The notes beneath the pieces were generated by a model. The model did not search any database and had not been told where the DNA came from. It worked only from the letters and a program-made list of their open reading frames with translations. Positions 14,490 to 27,304 of a DNA stretch of 64,000 nucleotides are shown in pieces. Position 1 is the stretch's first letter, and each line of letters starts with the position of its first letter. The translations under genes were made by a program, and so were the position numbers. Source of the stretch: Paraspadella gotoi (taxonomy: Eukaryota > Animalia > Chaetognatha); the NCBI GenBank assembly GCA_051294375.1, contig JBJCIZ010000239.1, positions 5,971,074-6,035,073 of the forward strand, in the 5' to 3' direction.

Positions 14490-15083
14490 TAATAATAATA
14501 AATAAAATATAAATATTTTATTTTTTAATTTTATTTTTTTAATTATAATTATATTTTTATTTTTATTATTATTATTTTATTATTATATTATTTTATTATT
14601 ATTATATAATCTGATAATAATATATATTTTATTATAAAATAATTTTATTTTATTTATTTAAAATTATAAAAAATTATGTTTTAATTTTTTAATATTCAAA
14701 TAAATTTAAAAAAAATATTTTTATAATAATATATATAATAAAAAAATATTTTTAACTGAACGGGATTTTTCTGAAAATTCAGGCCCAGGATCTCACTGTG
14801 CGCCGGTTCTAAAGCTTAGTACTACGCATAGTACTAATCTTTGTTGGATCAAAACGAGCTCGATTTTAAAGGAAAGTTGATCGTTTGAAGAGCGATTTTG
14901 CGATTGCTTTTTGGCGATTACTTTTGAACGGATTGTCGGATTATGATGAAATTATGCATGTAGATAATGTTTGTAATTGTCTATCGAACGCTACCAAATT
15001 TGATATAAAACTATGAGTTGTTTAGAAACGATGCTCATCCCCAATTTAAGTTAAAATGAAGCGCTTTTGGAAAGAAGGGCCCG
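13156..15083. mobile_element. TTAGGG-core MITE-like copy (reverse orientation) interrupted by the MULE
   Basis: gcactcttttccgagcgcgcccc...ccctaa core...[MULE]...ttttggaaagaagggcccga, flanked by direct repeat attatgg. An uninterrupted version lies at about 9629-10319. Confidence 0.65.
13576..15042. mobile_element. non-autonomous Mutator/MULE-like DNA transposon, copy 1
   Basis: TIRs AGAGATGAGCATCGTT...AACGATGCTCATCCCC. 9-bp TSD AATTTAAGT at 13567-13575 and 15043-15051. Near-pure AT core at 14150-14750. An empty site is visible in the duplicate segment at about 10275. Confidence 0.85.
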
Positions 15084-15087
15084 AATT

Positions 15088-15244
15088 ATGGACGATGACG
15101 GGGACGACGACGTTCTCGGGCGTCACGGAATTCTTCGACAATCTTCGGTTATCTCGGTAGGACCAGACACACTGGTCACATTAATATTAATTATCCTAAA
15201 TGTAACTTTTAATTCTTCAAATCCATTACTTAATTTTTATACTC

Positions 15245-15319
<75 letters not shown>

Positions 15320-15592
15320 TAATAATTGTTTTTTACTCATCGTTGATGAAGACACGAAAAACAAAGATTCGAAACATGTCCGTTTTTATTGTCAAAAAAT
15401 CGTTGTTTTCATAGTAATAATCATAGTCATCATTGTTTGAGTTATCATAAGGCATTGCCTTGGTGAGGGGCTGAGGGGGCATAGAAGTTACGGATAGTAG
15501 TCTGCAGCCCACTTAGCGCACTTATCCACATAGTCATTGGCATAGTGATCACAGTCGTATAGATGATGTTCGTCATTGTACTCGTGGTCAAT

Positions 15593-15634
<42 letters not shown>

Positions 15635-15959
15635 GCACATCACCCCCCCTCACCGTCGCAGGACCTGAAGATCTGACTTCCGTCGCTCAAGTGTCTCGTC
15701 GATGGACGAAGGAAGTGGAGACGACTCGTCGGCGAGGATTTCGACGTCAGCAAGAGTCCATTTCGAGGCTGGGTCCACGCGGTTCGAGTGTTATGAAATG
15801 TTTAATATGAGAATATTAACAAACGTTGGTGAGGGGGCTGAGGGGGCATAGAAGTTACGGATAGTAGTCTGCAGCCCACTTAGCGCACTTATCCACATAG
15901 TCATTGGCATAGTGATCACAGTCGTATAGATGATGTTCGTCATTGTACTCGTGGTCGAT

Positions 15960-15998
<39 letters not shown>

Positions 15999-16251
15999 GC
16001 ACATCACCCCCCCCCTCACCGTCGCAGGACCTGAAGATCTGACTTCCGTCGCTCAAGTGTCTCGTCGATGGACGAAGGAAGTGGAGACGACTCGTCGGCG
16101 CGGGATTTCGACGTCGGCGCGAGTCCATTCCGAGGCTGGGTCCACGCGGTTCGAGTTTTAATGAAATGTTTAATTATGAGAAATTAACAAACGTTTATTT
16201 AAGTGAAGGTATATTTCAACCTTTTTTGCCCTTTGAGTCTATTTATTTTTA

Positions 16252-16297
<46 letters not shown>

Positions 16298-19200
16298 TAT
16301 TATTATTAATTATTATTTATTAATTATTATTGTATTAATTTAAATTATTATTTATATATATATAAGTAATAATAACAATTCTTTTTATGTGTTTTTTTTT
16401 TTAAAGGATAATTCGACGTGGATTTTTTCAGTGTATTCTTGGATTCAATTCATTTCTCTGGACAGTTTGTCATTTTCGTCGAAGGTGTCGAGACATCGGC
16501 CCTATTTTCCGCAAATGCCCCATTTCATCGTTAAATTGTTTAATTAAGTTTGTCTTTAGTTTCGATAATTAGGTTTAGGGTTAGGGATAGGGAATAGGTT
16601 AGGGATCAGGGTCGGAGATTAGGTTAGGAATATTAAGTTTTGATTAGAGATTAATGTTAGTAATTAGGGTTTAACGGATCAGGGTTATAGCTTGAATTAA
16701 ACTGCAACAAATAAATTAAAGTTAAATGTAGTCATTTGTATTCGAATTGGGTTTGAGGATTTTGAATCTAAAGGGGGGCGCTCACGGAAACTAACACCCC
16801 CTACTTTATCCCCTTCACTCTGAATCTTCAGCGCGCCGCCCGAGGAAGTCATCGGTTTTCAAAATCTCTCCCAGCTCGCCTTCTTCTCTTGTTCTTCCTT
16901 CGGGAAATTTTTTCACGAACTTTGGAAATTGTCGCCGAATCTTGAGGTTTTTACTTGAACGTTGTTCTTTTTTTTCCTTTCTCTCCGTATCTCTCCGCCT
17001 TTTATGTTACAATTGGTTGAGTATTTAACAAATATAAATATTGGTTGTACCAATTTCACAAACAAAATTCATCGTCCAACAGATCAGCATTCATCTTTTT
17101 TTTTCCATTTCTAATTTTAGAAACTTAAGATTTTTAACAACCGCAAATTAAGTCGGAGGGATTTCGAGTTTGTCGACAGCTCTCTTCGAAAATTTGGTGC
17201 GTCTTGTCAGGAAGTGGAAATTGAATGCTTCTGACCTCTCTCTCTCTCTCTCTCTCTNNNNNNNNNNNNNNNNNNNNNNNNNNNNNNNNNNNNNNNNNNN
17301 NNNNNNNNNNNNNNNNNNNNNNNNNNNNNNNNNNNNNNNNNNNNNNNNNNNNNNNNNNNNNNNNNNNNNNNNNNNNNNNNNNNNNNNNNNNNNNNNNNNN
17401 NNNNNNNNNNNNNNNNNNNNNNNNNNNNNNNNNNNNNNNNNNNNNNNNNNNNNNNNNNNNNNNNNNNNNNNNNNNNNNNNNNNNNNNNNNNNNCAGACAA
17501 ACAAGATTTGATAGGGGTGTTAAAGTCTCTCGCCGACGGGTGTCCGAATTTACAGAATTTGTTACTTCACACTGGACCCATTAAATTTCCCCTCCTAGTT
17601 TGTCGGGAGTTGTCAAGTAAGGGGTTCTTCCAAGAAATGTGTCATGTCATCATTTTCATGTCACCATGTCAAAATCCTGCCTCGTTTGAAAACTTAAGCT
17701 TTATGTCCTTGAAGTATATTCTTATGACAGCCGATGCGGAGTTTCAGAAATATTGTGAATGTTAAGTTTCATAAAACTCAACCCTTTTGAGTGAAAATTT
17801 TATATCGGTCCATTTCCTGTGCAATATTACTGGAAAAGTAAAACTCTTTTATAATAATTAGTTACCCTTAATGTTTGATATCAAAATGATTGAATTTCAT
17901 TTTTTTTAAATGCTTGCTTTTCCATAAACAACTTATGAGGGTATTTTTTATATACATTGTTAACCATAAATTTATGAATTCAACTTGGCGCTTTTTTTTT
18001 TATTGAATAATCACAATCAAATAACGAATGATTGCACAGGATTTCGACGTCTGGAACGCTTGGAGTTATGCAGTGCACCAGAGTGGGCGCATAATTGCGT
18101 GCTGGACGAAACTAGGGTCAACATATTAGCCAATGGGTTGTCTCACTCTTTGCGATCTTTGACGCTCATAATTGATATTACAGAGTTGGATTTGGTCTGC
18201 AAGTTTATGAATTTGAGAGTAAGAAAAAGATTGATTATGATTTCAGACCCAAACATAATCACATCGGCCACATTTACCAAAAGTGCCCAGTTTCTGCTTC
18301 GGTTCAAGAATTAGATTAGTTTTAAATTTTAAAGATTAGTAAGGTAGGGTTAGGTTAGGGAATAAGTTAAGGGAATAAGTTTAGGTACTACATGAGATAG
18401 GTCTAACTCTAATATATGAGGAGCTTTTTAATAATAGCAGTCTCCTTTGCTCTTAATTTATTCTCAGTTTCATTGATCCGTTTTATAGAAGCTACTTTTA
18501 ATTCTCATCATTGACGACAAATCTATTAATGAATGGACCAGCAATGGTAGGTATGGGTCTGGGTATGATAAATGGTGAACCGTTAAAACATAGTAACTTC
18601 GTATTAGTTTTTAAAACTGAAATAAACAATCCTAAAATTTCTTAATGCTAGACGATGACGATGACGGCTGTGACCATCCCGCCGTAGTTCCAAAATTCTA
18701 CTCCAATGATACGCACGTCATTCAACGATGGAATTCTCTGCCTTTGGAGCAACTTGATATTTATATGCAAGAAACGGCATCCCAGGAACTGGACGTCGAC
18801 CCTCTCTTGTCATTTTTGGCTCGCCGCTTCTCTTCTCTGCCTCTCACCAAAGTCGTCGCGGCCGTGAAGCCTCACGAAGACACGATTCTTCGGGAGGGCA
18901 TCGACTTGGTGATTTTAAAGCGTATAAAATAAATAAGAGGTTAAATATTGAGTGGGGGCAGAAAAATAAAAAAATTATAAACTTGTGGTTAGTTCATGAT
19001 ACCATTAATTGTGACTCCAGTGGCTAAATACGTAATTGACCATTAGATTATGGTAACAATCCCTATAGCAGCATAAGCCCTTGGGGGTCTCGAAGTAATA
19101 AATGAGGAAGGATTTCGCTTTAACCAATACGAGATATAATCAATTAAATCATTAGATAAGCTTTCTTGCTTCCTGACTGTGGAAACTGAACAAGCAATCC

Positions 19201-20523
19201 TGCTTACAATATAATAATACAGCTGGACAGTGCAAACTTTTAAACTTAATGATTTAGTCCAGAATCTTTGACCATCCTAGTTATTAATTTTATGTAAATT
19301 TAAATAATAGTTGTTTCATTCCCCTTCATCCTTAGCTTATGATATGTTCGTCTTTTTTACGCCACTTTGAACTTCATGGCCAATCAGAGGGAAAACTGTT
19401 ATTGGATGCTTTTCGCCAGGTGCTGTTTGTCTGCTGGCCATTTTTTTCCTGGTACTGGCTGCTGTTAACTGTTGTCAGCAGTGGTTTTCTCTTTCTGAAT
19501 GCTAGATGCTCCTGCTGGCTGTTGTTTACTTTTTTTCGGCTGCTGTTTTGTGTCGCTGGCCTCTTGCTGTTGCTTGACATAATGCAATGGCCGTTGCTAC
19601 AATTCCAGGTTCCTCCATCCATGAAAGAAATTTGTCTGAATGGGTTCAATTTCCTCATTGAAGAGCGTGAGTCGCCCTCAGGCTTAAATTAGGGGGGGGG
19701 GAATATAAAAATATCGGTTAACTCAGGCATTTTAACATTATCACGATTATTAAATTTGGAGTTAAAAAGCGATTTCAATATAAATTTTTAGACGTATCTC
19801 TGTTTAGCTCCAGTAACAAAAAAAAAAAAAACATTAATCCATATCAAAAATGGAATAAGAAGCACTAACTACATTAATAATTTTTTGTTAAATTTTGATT
19901 GGTTAAAAATTAGTCAATACACAATTCTTTTATGTATATTTCAGAGGAAAAACAGACCGGCGACCACTCCGTTCTTGAATACGGCGTTAATTCAAACGAA
20001 GACGATGACAACGACGACGATGATACTTTTTACAACAGCGACAACGATGGCGTTGATGTCGTTGACGACATTATCATCACGCCTCTCGACGCCAGGCGCT
20101 ACTTGAGAAATTGGGTAAGTAATTAACATAGCAATTGTAATTTTGTTAGAGAAAAAGAGAGAGATAAAGACAAATGGAACTGTTGTGGCATAGATGGAAA
20201 AAGCTGTTCTGTGTAACGACGCTGTAATAGCGTAATCTCTAAACTCAATGGACCGGGTTCTTTCTCTGCTTGTAAACGGCCATGTAAAAAAAAAAAAGGG
20301 ATGGGCCGGTTAAACCACCGGTAGAGAAGCTTGCCGCTGCATCTTAAGTTTCCAAAAGAAGGGCAACTGATGGGAAAAAAAAAATATTCCGGATGCACAT
20401 GTTAAGTGTGATGGGTATTATGCTTTGGGTTTTTATCTTCGCTTTCAGATTCCCGATTCAGTCGAATTGAAAATCACAGCCGAGTATGACGTGGAGTTAG
20501 CTGATTGGCCGAGCTTTGAATGA
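15088..20523 (+). CDS. F-box/leucine-rich-repeat (FBXL-like) protein, about 12 exons
   Basis: Exons 15088-15156, 16028-16148, 16407-16484, 16832-16946, 17121-17196, 17497-17616, 18040-18218, 18489-18546, 18652-18908, 19609-19666, 19945-20114 and 20449-20523, with compatible phases. F-box DVLGRHGILRQ(I)FGYLG|PEDLTSVAQVSRRW needs one extra base near 15140. LRR-like units: FQNLSQLAFFSC, SPNLE|KLKIFNN, LADGCPNLQNLLL, FRRLERLELC, SHSLRSLTLII, VPPSMKEICLNG. Acidic C-terminal region; AATAAA at about 20631. An N gap (17258-17493) lies inside. Confidence 0.8.
15338..15410 (+). pseudogene. degenerate hammerhead/PLE fragment in F-box intron 1
   Basis: ttgatgaag...cgaaacatgtccgtttttatt...aaaatcgttgt has the same 3' flank as 36262-36303. 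Stem II is lost. A noisy copy with CTGATGA lies at about 10719. Confidence 0.5.
16496..16795. mobile_element. TTAGGG-core MITE-like copy filling most of F-box intron 3
   Basis: tcggccctattttccgcaaatgccccattt...agggttaggg...aaaggggggcgctcacggaaa. Confidence 0.65.
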
Positions 20524-20954
20524 ATCTGAAACTACGCTATACAATTAGAAGATAATTGATAATGAGAGGAGAAAAAAGCATTTATTCTGAATCTACTAAA
20601 TTTAATCTTGAATCAAAATGTATCGATGTGAATAAATTAAAAAAAACTCTTAAAATGTTTATTTTTTTAAAGTTGTGATAAGTGATTTAAATTTTGATAG
20701 TAAATTTAACTTGCTTTGAAAGGAGCTTTGCTATTTTTTTATTTTTTACACTTATGCCTAATCCTTAATCATAAACCCTCATGTTAAAACTTTAAAAATT
20801 AAGATAAATCCGACTTTAATCTAAAATGGGGCGCTTTGGGAAAATAAGGCCGACCTCGGCATTCGTGCATCTACCCATCCTTTCATCTATTCCATGTATC
20901 CATCAATGTGTAGACCCAGGATTCGAGCCTGTACATAGCAGGAGTTACTCTCTG

Positions 20955-21000
<46 letters not shown>

Positions 21001-21156
21001 TAATGGTCTCCAGGACGGAACGCGCTACAGATTGAAGAATCAGAAATAATTGTAATGAGTTCGTGACAGAACCGTTCGATATAAACAGTCCCTTGAGCTT
21101 CGGATCAAACACCGTGTTACAAGCGCGTTAAACGCCCCGTCCCTCTTAACTACTAG

Positions 21157-21212
21157 GCGGCCACCGGGCTAGAATCCCGGACCTTTGGCTTGGGAAGCGA
21201 ATGATTGGCCGC
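21157..21212 (-). ncRNA. D-arm-less tRNA-Gly(CCC)-like structure (tRNA pseudogene or SINE head)
   Basis: GCGGCCA-atca-TTCGC-TTCCCAA-GCCAA-aggt-CCGGG-ATTCTAG-CCCGG-TGGCCGC: 7-bp acceptor stem, 4/5-bp anticodon stem with CCC, 5-bp T stem, no D arm. Confidence 0.6.
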
Positions 21213-21263
21213 TGATAAATGGTTGGTGGATTTTTAGTCCACTTATCCATTTATCCGTCCAAT

Positions 21264-21575
21264 TCAATCGTCCAAGAACGGAAGACGAAATGTAAAGTTA
21301 AATTCTCGCCCATTTTCGATAAACTCTTCTCTCTAGCATGAAGCGTGTCCCTTTCCATTTTTTCTCTCGTTCTCCGTCAGGTGAAGACATTCGTTCGCCT
21401 TTTGCCAACCGTAGTAGTGGTAAGGAACGCTCCGCTGTGCTACGCGGGAGCTATTCTTGCCTGATGCGCGGCAGTGATTCTCAGAGACCATTCCGTAAAT
21501 GGAAGTGCTGAGAGAGAGAGAGAGAGAGAGAGAGTGGGAATATTAGGTTACTTATTATTGTTTTATTGAAGATGA

Positions 21576-21638
<63 letters not shown>

Positions 21639-23640
21639 AACCTTTCGCAGGCTGTCTTAGCGATGGTTAGCGTCATCCAACCGGTTGAGAGCCAAGTGTT
21701 TGACTTCACGCGGTCCAATCCCGTCTCTAGAAAGTATTCATCGTCGACTCTTTTCGTCCAATCCGATTCTGCGATGAAGCAGGCCGTCCTGTGGGTCGAT
21801 TACTGATTAATGATTTCGTTTAACAATTTATCTTTTTATCAATCAATCAATTGAGAACTCAATCAATCAGTTAAATATTTAACCAATTCAATCAATCGAT
21901 CGATCGATCAATCAAATTAACTGATTTTTAATCATTTAATCATTTTTTCAGTCAATCAATTTCAACAAGCCGAATTCCAGTAACCCTTCATACGTTATAT
22001 GAGACAAACAAAGGACCAGTCCCCCCAGCTCCAGACTCCAGCTTCAGACCTCTCCAGGCGGCGGCAGTCCCTGACCAGCTTGTCGTAGAGCCTCCGCGCT
22101 CTCTTCCTCAATTCATCCACGGCCCAGACGAGGATGCCGCGTGGGGGCGCGACCGGGATGGCGGCGCCAGAATTCGTTTTGTCAACCGGTGGCGCCGCTT
22201 CGACCGCGCCCAGACGCGGCGTCGCTGCGATAGGTAGGAAAGACGAGTGGGCGATTACGTGGTAGTCGGTACGACGGCCTACGTCGGCTCTATACGAGTG
22301 GTTAAAATGATTATGTTAAAAATATTAATTGTTATGAAGTTAGTACAACCAATATAAAAATTATCCATTCATTCAATAAATAAGCTATCTTGCCCCTGAC
22401 TTTGGACAGGCTTTGGTGGTTGAGGGCCTCCATCACTCTCACAAGATAATGACATAGCAGGTCCCTGCAAGGTTTCAATCAAGACTGTCTCAGTCTTGTT
22501 TATTCACTCCCAGAGCACCTTTTAGAACCCCAAAGTCTAATTGAGGCATTAGAATAAATTTAATGCCTCTATTGGTGTCAGTTTAATTTATTTGTACCCA
22601 TAAAATATAGCAAATATTTTAATGAGACTCTGAGTGGGCTGAAGAGTGATAATCGTTTCTCCTTTTGATCTCCTCTAGCAGCACTAGACCTTGCTTTGGA
22701 ACCGAGCTTGGGGGTTTTTCTTACACTTACACTGGAGCAAATTAACTCACTCAAAACCCTTCACTGGAGCAGCGTTGAGTCTGAAAACACACTCATGGCT
22801 GTCAATCTCCGCTCCAGCGCTGGACCCAAGAAGATGACCCGAGGGAACAACGACGGCACAGGTGGAGCAGCAGATGAGGAGTGTCTCGAAGGGCGGGAGC
22901 AGTTCCGAGAATCTGATTGGTCGATGGGGAAATGAGGAGGGAGATTATTGGTGGGATTAATTCCGAGGGAAAAGAAATAATTGGTTGATGAGAAAAAGAA
23001 AAGAGAGATCATTGGTTGGAGAAATAATTCCTAGAAATAGCACGTTAAATAGTATAATATTTTATAAAATTGAATCTTTATTTGAAATTTACCACCGATA
23101 GGAAGGCCAGGCACGAACTCGGGGAGATGACAAACTAGACTATGATAGAGTCTTAATTGAAAGCTTGCAAGAACCTGTTATGTCTTGTAAAATGGATAGC
23201 TTGTCCAAAGTCAAAGGCAAGATAGCTTGTTTATCGAATGAAGGGATAATTTTGGTTTTGCTTAAACCAATATTTAAAAAAAATATTGTTAAAGATTGAC
23301 TGATTAAACTTCTACTGGTACCAATCCTAACCAAAAAGAAAAATTCCATCCACGAAATTGCATACTAATCAGAATTTAAAAAAAAATTAGAAAATTTGGT
23401 CACAAGTTACCCGTGAATTTTTTTCTTGACGGGCGACCGTCTTCCCTTTTCTTTTTTCGGCGTCGTCGTCGTCGTCGTCGTCGTCGTAGTCGTCGTCATC
23501 GTCATCAACTTCGGCGTGACTCGCGTCAAAATTCCGTCCAACGACGAAGCGTCACGCCGACAAGAAAAAATGGCGAAGACGACGACGACGATGACGACGA
23601 CGAAGAGGTTTTGAAACGTCGGTTTCATTTTTCCCCCCAT
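21264..23640 (-). CDS. ST6GALNAC: GT29 sialyltransferase, ST6GalNAc III/IV/V/VI-like (alpha-2,6-sialyltransferase)
   Basis: Exons 23640-23411, 22912-22751, 22289-22050, 21788-21642 and 21507-21264. Type II TM anchor [14 protein letters not shown] and Thr-rich stem. Sialylmotif [41 protein letters not shown]|ADVGRRT; motif [29 protein letters not shown]|STSIYGM; motif III VPYHYY; motif VS GH(R)[12 protein letters not shown]. The last exon needs indel corrections (about 21345, 21303 and probably 21277). Confidence 0.9.
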
Positions 23641-23947
23641 TGTTTATATCAAGAATAAAAGATAAAAACTCCCCAAATCGTCAAAAAGTTCCACTTTAAT
23701 TCAAATTTTGAAGTGTATTTGGATCCCGGTTTAAAAAAAAACGGGATGTCGTGAGAGAGTTCCTGCTTTTGGTTTTCGCTGTCATTGTCTTTATATATTG
23801 TCGGCACTATTTTCTAAAAATGACCCATTTCCGTTACTCATATATTTTATTTAGCGCCTGATGTTTTTAAAAATGTTAAACTCAATCCCTGTCTGTCTAA
23901 TAGAAAGTCTGTCTAATACATATAAAAATTCTAAATGTCAATTATGA

Positions 23948-24456
23948 ACAACATACCATCAGTGAACATTAATTTGTAAAAAAAAAAAAAATTATGTTCT
24001 TTAATTTTTGCAGTAGGCTATATTTATATATAGTACTATCCTTATAAAATTAAAAAATTTCAAAATAGGCTTTTTTTAATTTTTATTGCAGATTTGAATT
24101 CCTCATCAAAATTTGATAAATAATTAAAAGATATAAATCATTTTTAAAAATCCTTTTATTAAGTGGGTTAAAAATTTAAAAAAAATATATTTAATATATA
24201 AAATTTTAATTTTCACTTAAAATATAGGTTTTTTATATTTGATCAACTTAATAAAAAAATTTTTAAAAAAGAGTTATATTTCTTTATATCAACTTTTTAT
24301 GACGAATCCAAATCTGCAAAAAAATTTAGCAAAAAACTATTTTGAAATTTTAAAATTTTTTGAATTAGTACTAATATAAATATGGCCTACTGCGTAAATT
24401 GTAAAATGTTTTATAAAATTTTTTTATACATAAATGTTCATTAGTATAATGTTGTT
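23948..24456. mobile_element. AT-rich hairpin MITE/foldback upstream of the sialyltransferase
   Basis: Imperfect palindrome: gcagtaggctatatttatatagtacta / tagtactaatataaatatggcctactgc and ttgcagatttgaatt / aatccaaatctgcaa. Confidence 0.65.
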
Positions 24457-25493
24457 TGTTGTACTACACTTTACTGTCTAACCTAACTATTTTCCCTAAC
24501 TTCTAATTTAATCTTCAAGCTTTGAAACTATCTTAATTTTGAATAAAAGTTGAAATGGAACACTTGTGGCCTCATTGTTTTCGTCGTCGTCGTCGTCGTC
24601 GTTGTTGTTATTCTAGCTTTATCGATTCGAGTCTCGGAATTCTACGGATAGAATAATAGCAGCCATCAGATTCTTTCAGTTCTTTCTTTCTTTTTTCTTT
24701 TTTTCTTTTTTCTTTTTTTCTAGCGTCCCCTTTGTTTCGGTCGGAATCGCGTAGGATAAAAAAAAATTTAAATATTAGAGTTAAAATATTAATGTTAGAA
24801 TATTAATTTAAAATATTAAAATTAAAGTATTCTCGATTTAAAATTTTCTCGGTTAAAATATTAAAGTAAAAATATTCCTGGTTAAAATATTTAAGATAAA
24901 ATATTCTAGATTTTATATAAAAAAATAAAAATATTAATTTTATGTTTTAAAATTTTACCTCAAAGTCTTCGAGTTGTGTCATTGTTTTATAGACTTGATA
25001 AAATATAAACATACTACTTATAAGACTACCTTCCACGTATTAGTCTTCTTTAAAGGCTTTTTTAAAATAAGCTATTTTTCCAATATATAGTAGAAATTTC
25101 AAAGGTGGTTTAATTCGAGACGCAATTGCAATTAACCTGTCTATGAATACTACCCTGTATTAATACTTCCGCAGGTTCTTCGCTTTTCGACGCCAGCCCA
25201 ATAATCATACATCATCTTTCCATTAGATTGTACATCAACCGCCTTTGGCAACACATCTTACCTTCGAAGATGAATGAACCCAACCATTTATCATCTTTTC
25301 TTTTCTTTTCTCATTCCTGTTTTTATTTCCTTCTTTTTTTCTTTTTTAAATCCTCTTCTTTGTTTTCTTTATTTATTTTTTCTTTGCTTTGTTTTTTTTT
25401 TTCATTCGTATTGTTTTAAAAATTATACATATGTATAACCCTAACCCTAACAAATGTTTTTTTTTGATTTGTTAAGCGTTACGTATCATCATG

Positions 25494-25604
<111 letters not shown>

Positions 25605-25979
25605 TTTGTCAAAGAAAGATAAAACATGACCAAACCATAATTTTTAAATACATAAATATAAACATCGGTTTACATTAGCATCTTCATCTTTTTTTCCATT
25701 TTTTTCAGTAGTTATGATAGTTCTGATAGTTTTTATATATATATTTTTTGACTAGTTTTCGATACGCAAATATGAAATTCGACGAAATTTTTTTACACCA
25801 TCTGAGTCATCCGTCTCTCCTTTGTTTTGACGCCGACAATTTTCTTTCTTTCTTTCTTTTTTTTTTTTTCTTTTCCCTTATCCTTTTCTTTTCTCCTCCT
25901 TTGTGACTCCCTACCCCAGTTTCTATCATCGCAGTTTTTATGTTCTTTTTATGCGGTTTTTACGGTCGTCAAGACGACA

Positions 25980-26023
<44 letters not shown>

Positions 26024-26124
26024 TTCTTTGTCGCGTTACCGTCGTCTTTTCGCATCTTTCTCGCTCTCATCGTTTTTTTTTTGTTTACCGTCTTCGAAAT
26101 TGTCATTTATTCCTCGTTTTCTTA

Positions 26125-26177
<53 letters not shown>

Positions 26178-26439
26178 TCGTAACTTTAGACTCGGATAAG
26201 TTCATTCAGAGGCGCTCTATTCCAAAATCGTTTTGATTTCGTCCTAGAAATCCATCATTTTTTTCCTCAAATTATGTCTTGAAACTATTGGCAGTCAACA
26301 AATCTTATATTGGTTATGCCTATTTCAAAACAGTATTTTTATGCCAGTGCGGAGTAAAATACAGTATTCCTTGATGTAATACTAAAGGGAGTGGTCCTTT
26401 CGTTCAATTAAATTATACCACTTCATTGATAGGGAAGCC

Positions 26440-26615
26440 AGTTACTCTGAATAAACGAGACTGTGAGAGTCTTGATTTAAAGCTTGCAGAGATCTGCCAC
26501 GTCATTATCTTGTAAGAGTGATGGAGGCCTTAAACCACCAAAGCCTGTCAAAAGTCAGGGGTTAGATAGCTTATTTATTAAATGAATGGATAAATGTTTG
26601 TATTGGTAGTAACAT
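26440..26615 (+). repeat. dispersed ~180-bp interspersed repeat
   Basis: Reverse-complement copy at 22343-22515, diverged copy at 23125-23330, and fragments at about 3322-3400, 17025-17060 and 44150-44215. Confidence 0.65.
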
Positions 26616-26647
26616 TTTCATCGTCTAATCGATTAATTGAAGCAGTA

Positions 26648-26729
<82 letters not shown>

Positions 26730-27270
26730 ACAGTAAAGCAACTACATTAACGACAACAATGTCTCATCCCCCATTTCAACCCACCCTCTATTCGCTCCCC
26801 CCTCACCTCCCTCCTCCCCCCATCCCTTCAAGTCTCACACGCCAGGCTCCCCCGCCCCCCCTCGCGGTCGAGCCGCCTCGGTACAGTTCCCGCATGGAAA
26901 ACCCGGCTGGGAAACCCGGCAGGGTAATGGGACATGCAATCCGCAGACATGGCCGAAGCTTTGAACAGAAACAGACTGGAGTAGGTGAAAACCAAAAATA
27001 GACAGGGAATTAAATCGTTTCAGGAATTGAATTTGAAACCAACATAAGCGACATGATGAATACGGGATTGGGGCCGGCATGATTATGCCCCGGGGAGGAG
27101 TCTGGCATTAAAAGCAGGCATGGGACTGGCATGGGACCGGCATGCAACTAGCATGGGAGCGGGAAGAAACCTTCGGGACGACCTTAGAACGGCTGCTTTT
27201 CTCCTCTGAATATAAAAGAGAACTCTCTCACTCTCTCTCTCTCTCCCACTCTCTCTTTTCTCTCTCCTCT

Positions 27271-27304
<34 letters not shown>

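Noticed and set aside
13575-15043. hAT classification of the TAGAGATG-ended element
   Set aside because: Both copies show a 9-bp duplication that includes the apparent terminal T and A, which fits Mutator-like better than 8-bp hAT.
18645-18932. Stand-alone ORF ending LKRIK*
   Set aside because: A donor at 18909 continues in frame into three further exons of the F-box/LRR gene.
21380-21530. SINE-like body ending in (AG)n
   Set aside because: It is the last coding exon of the sialyltransferase on the minus strand.
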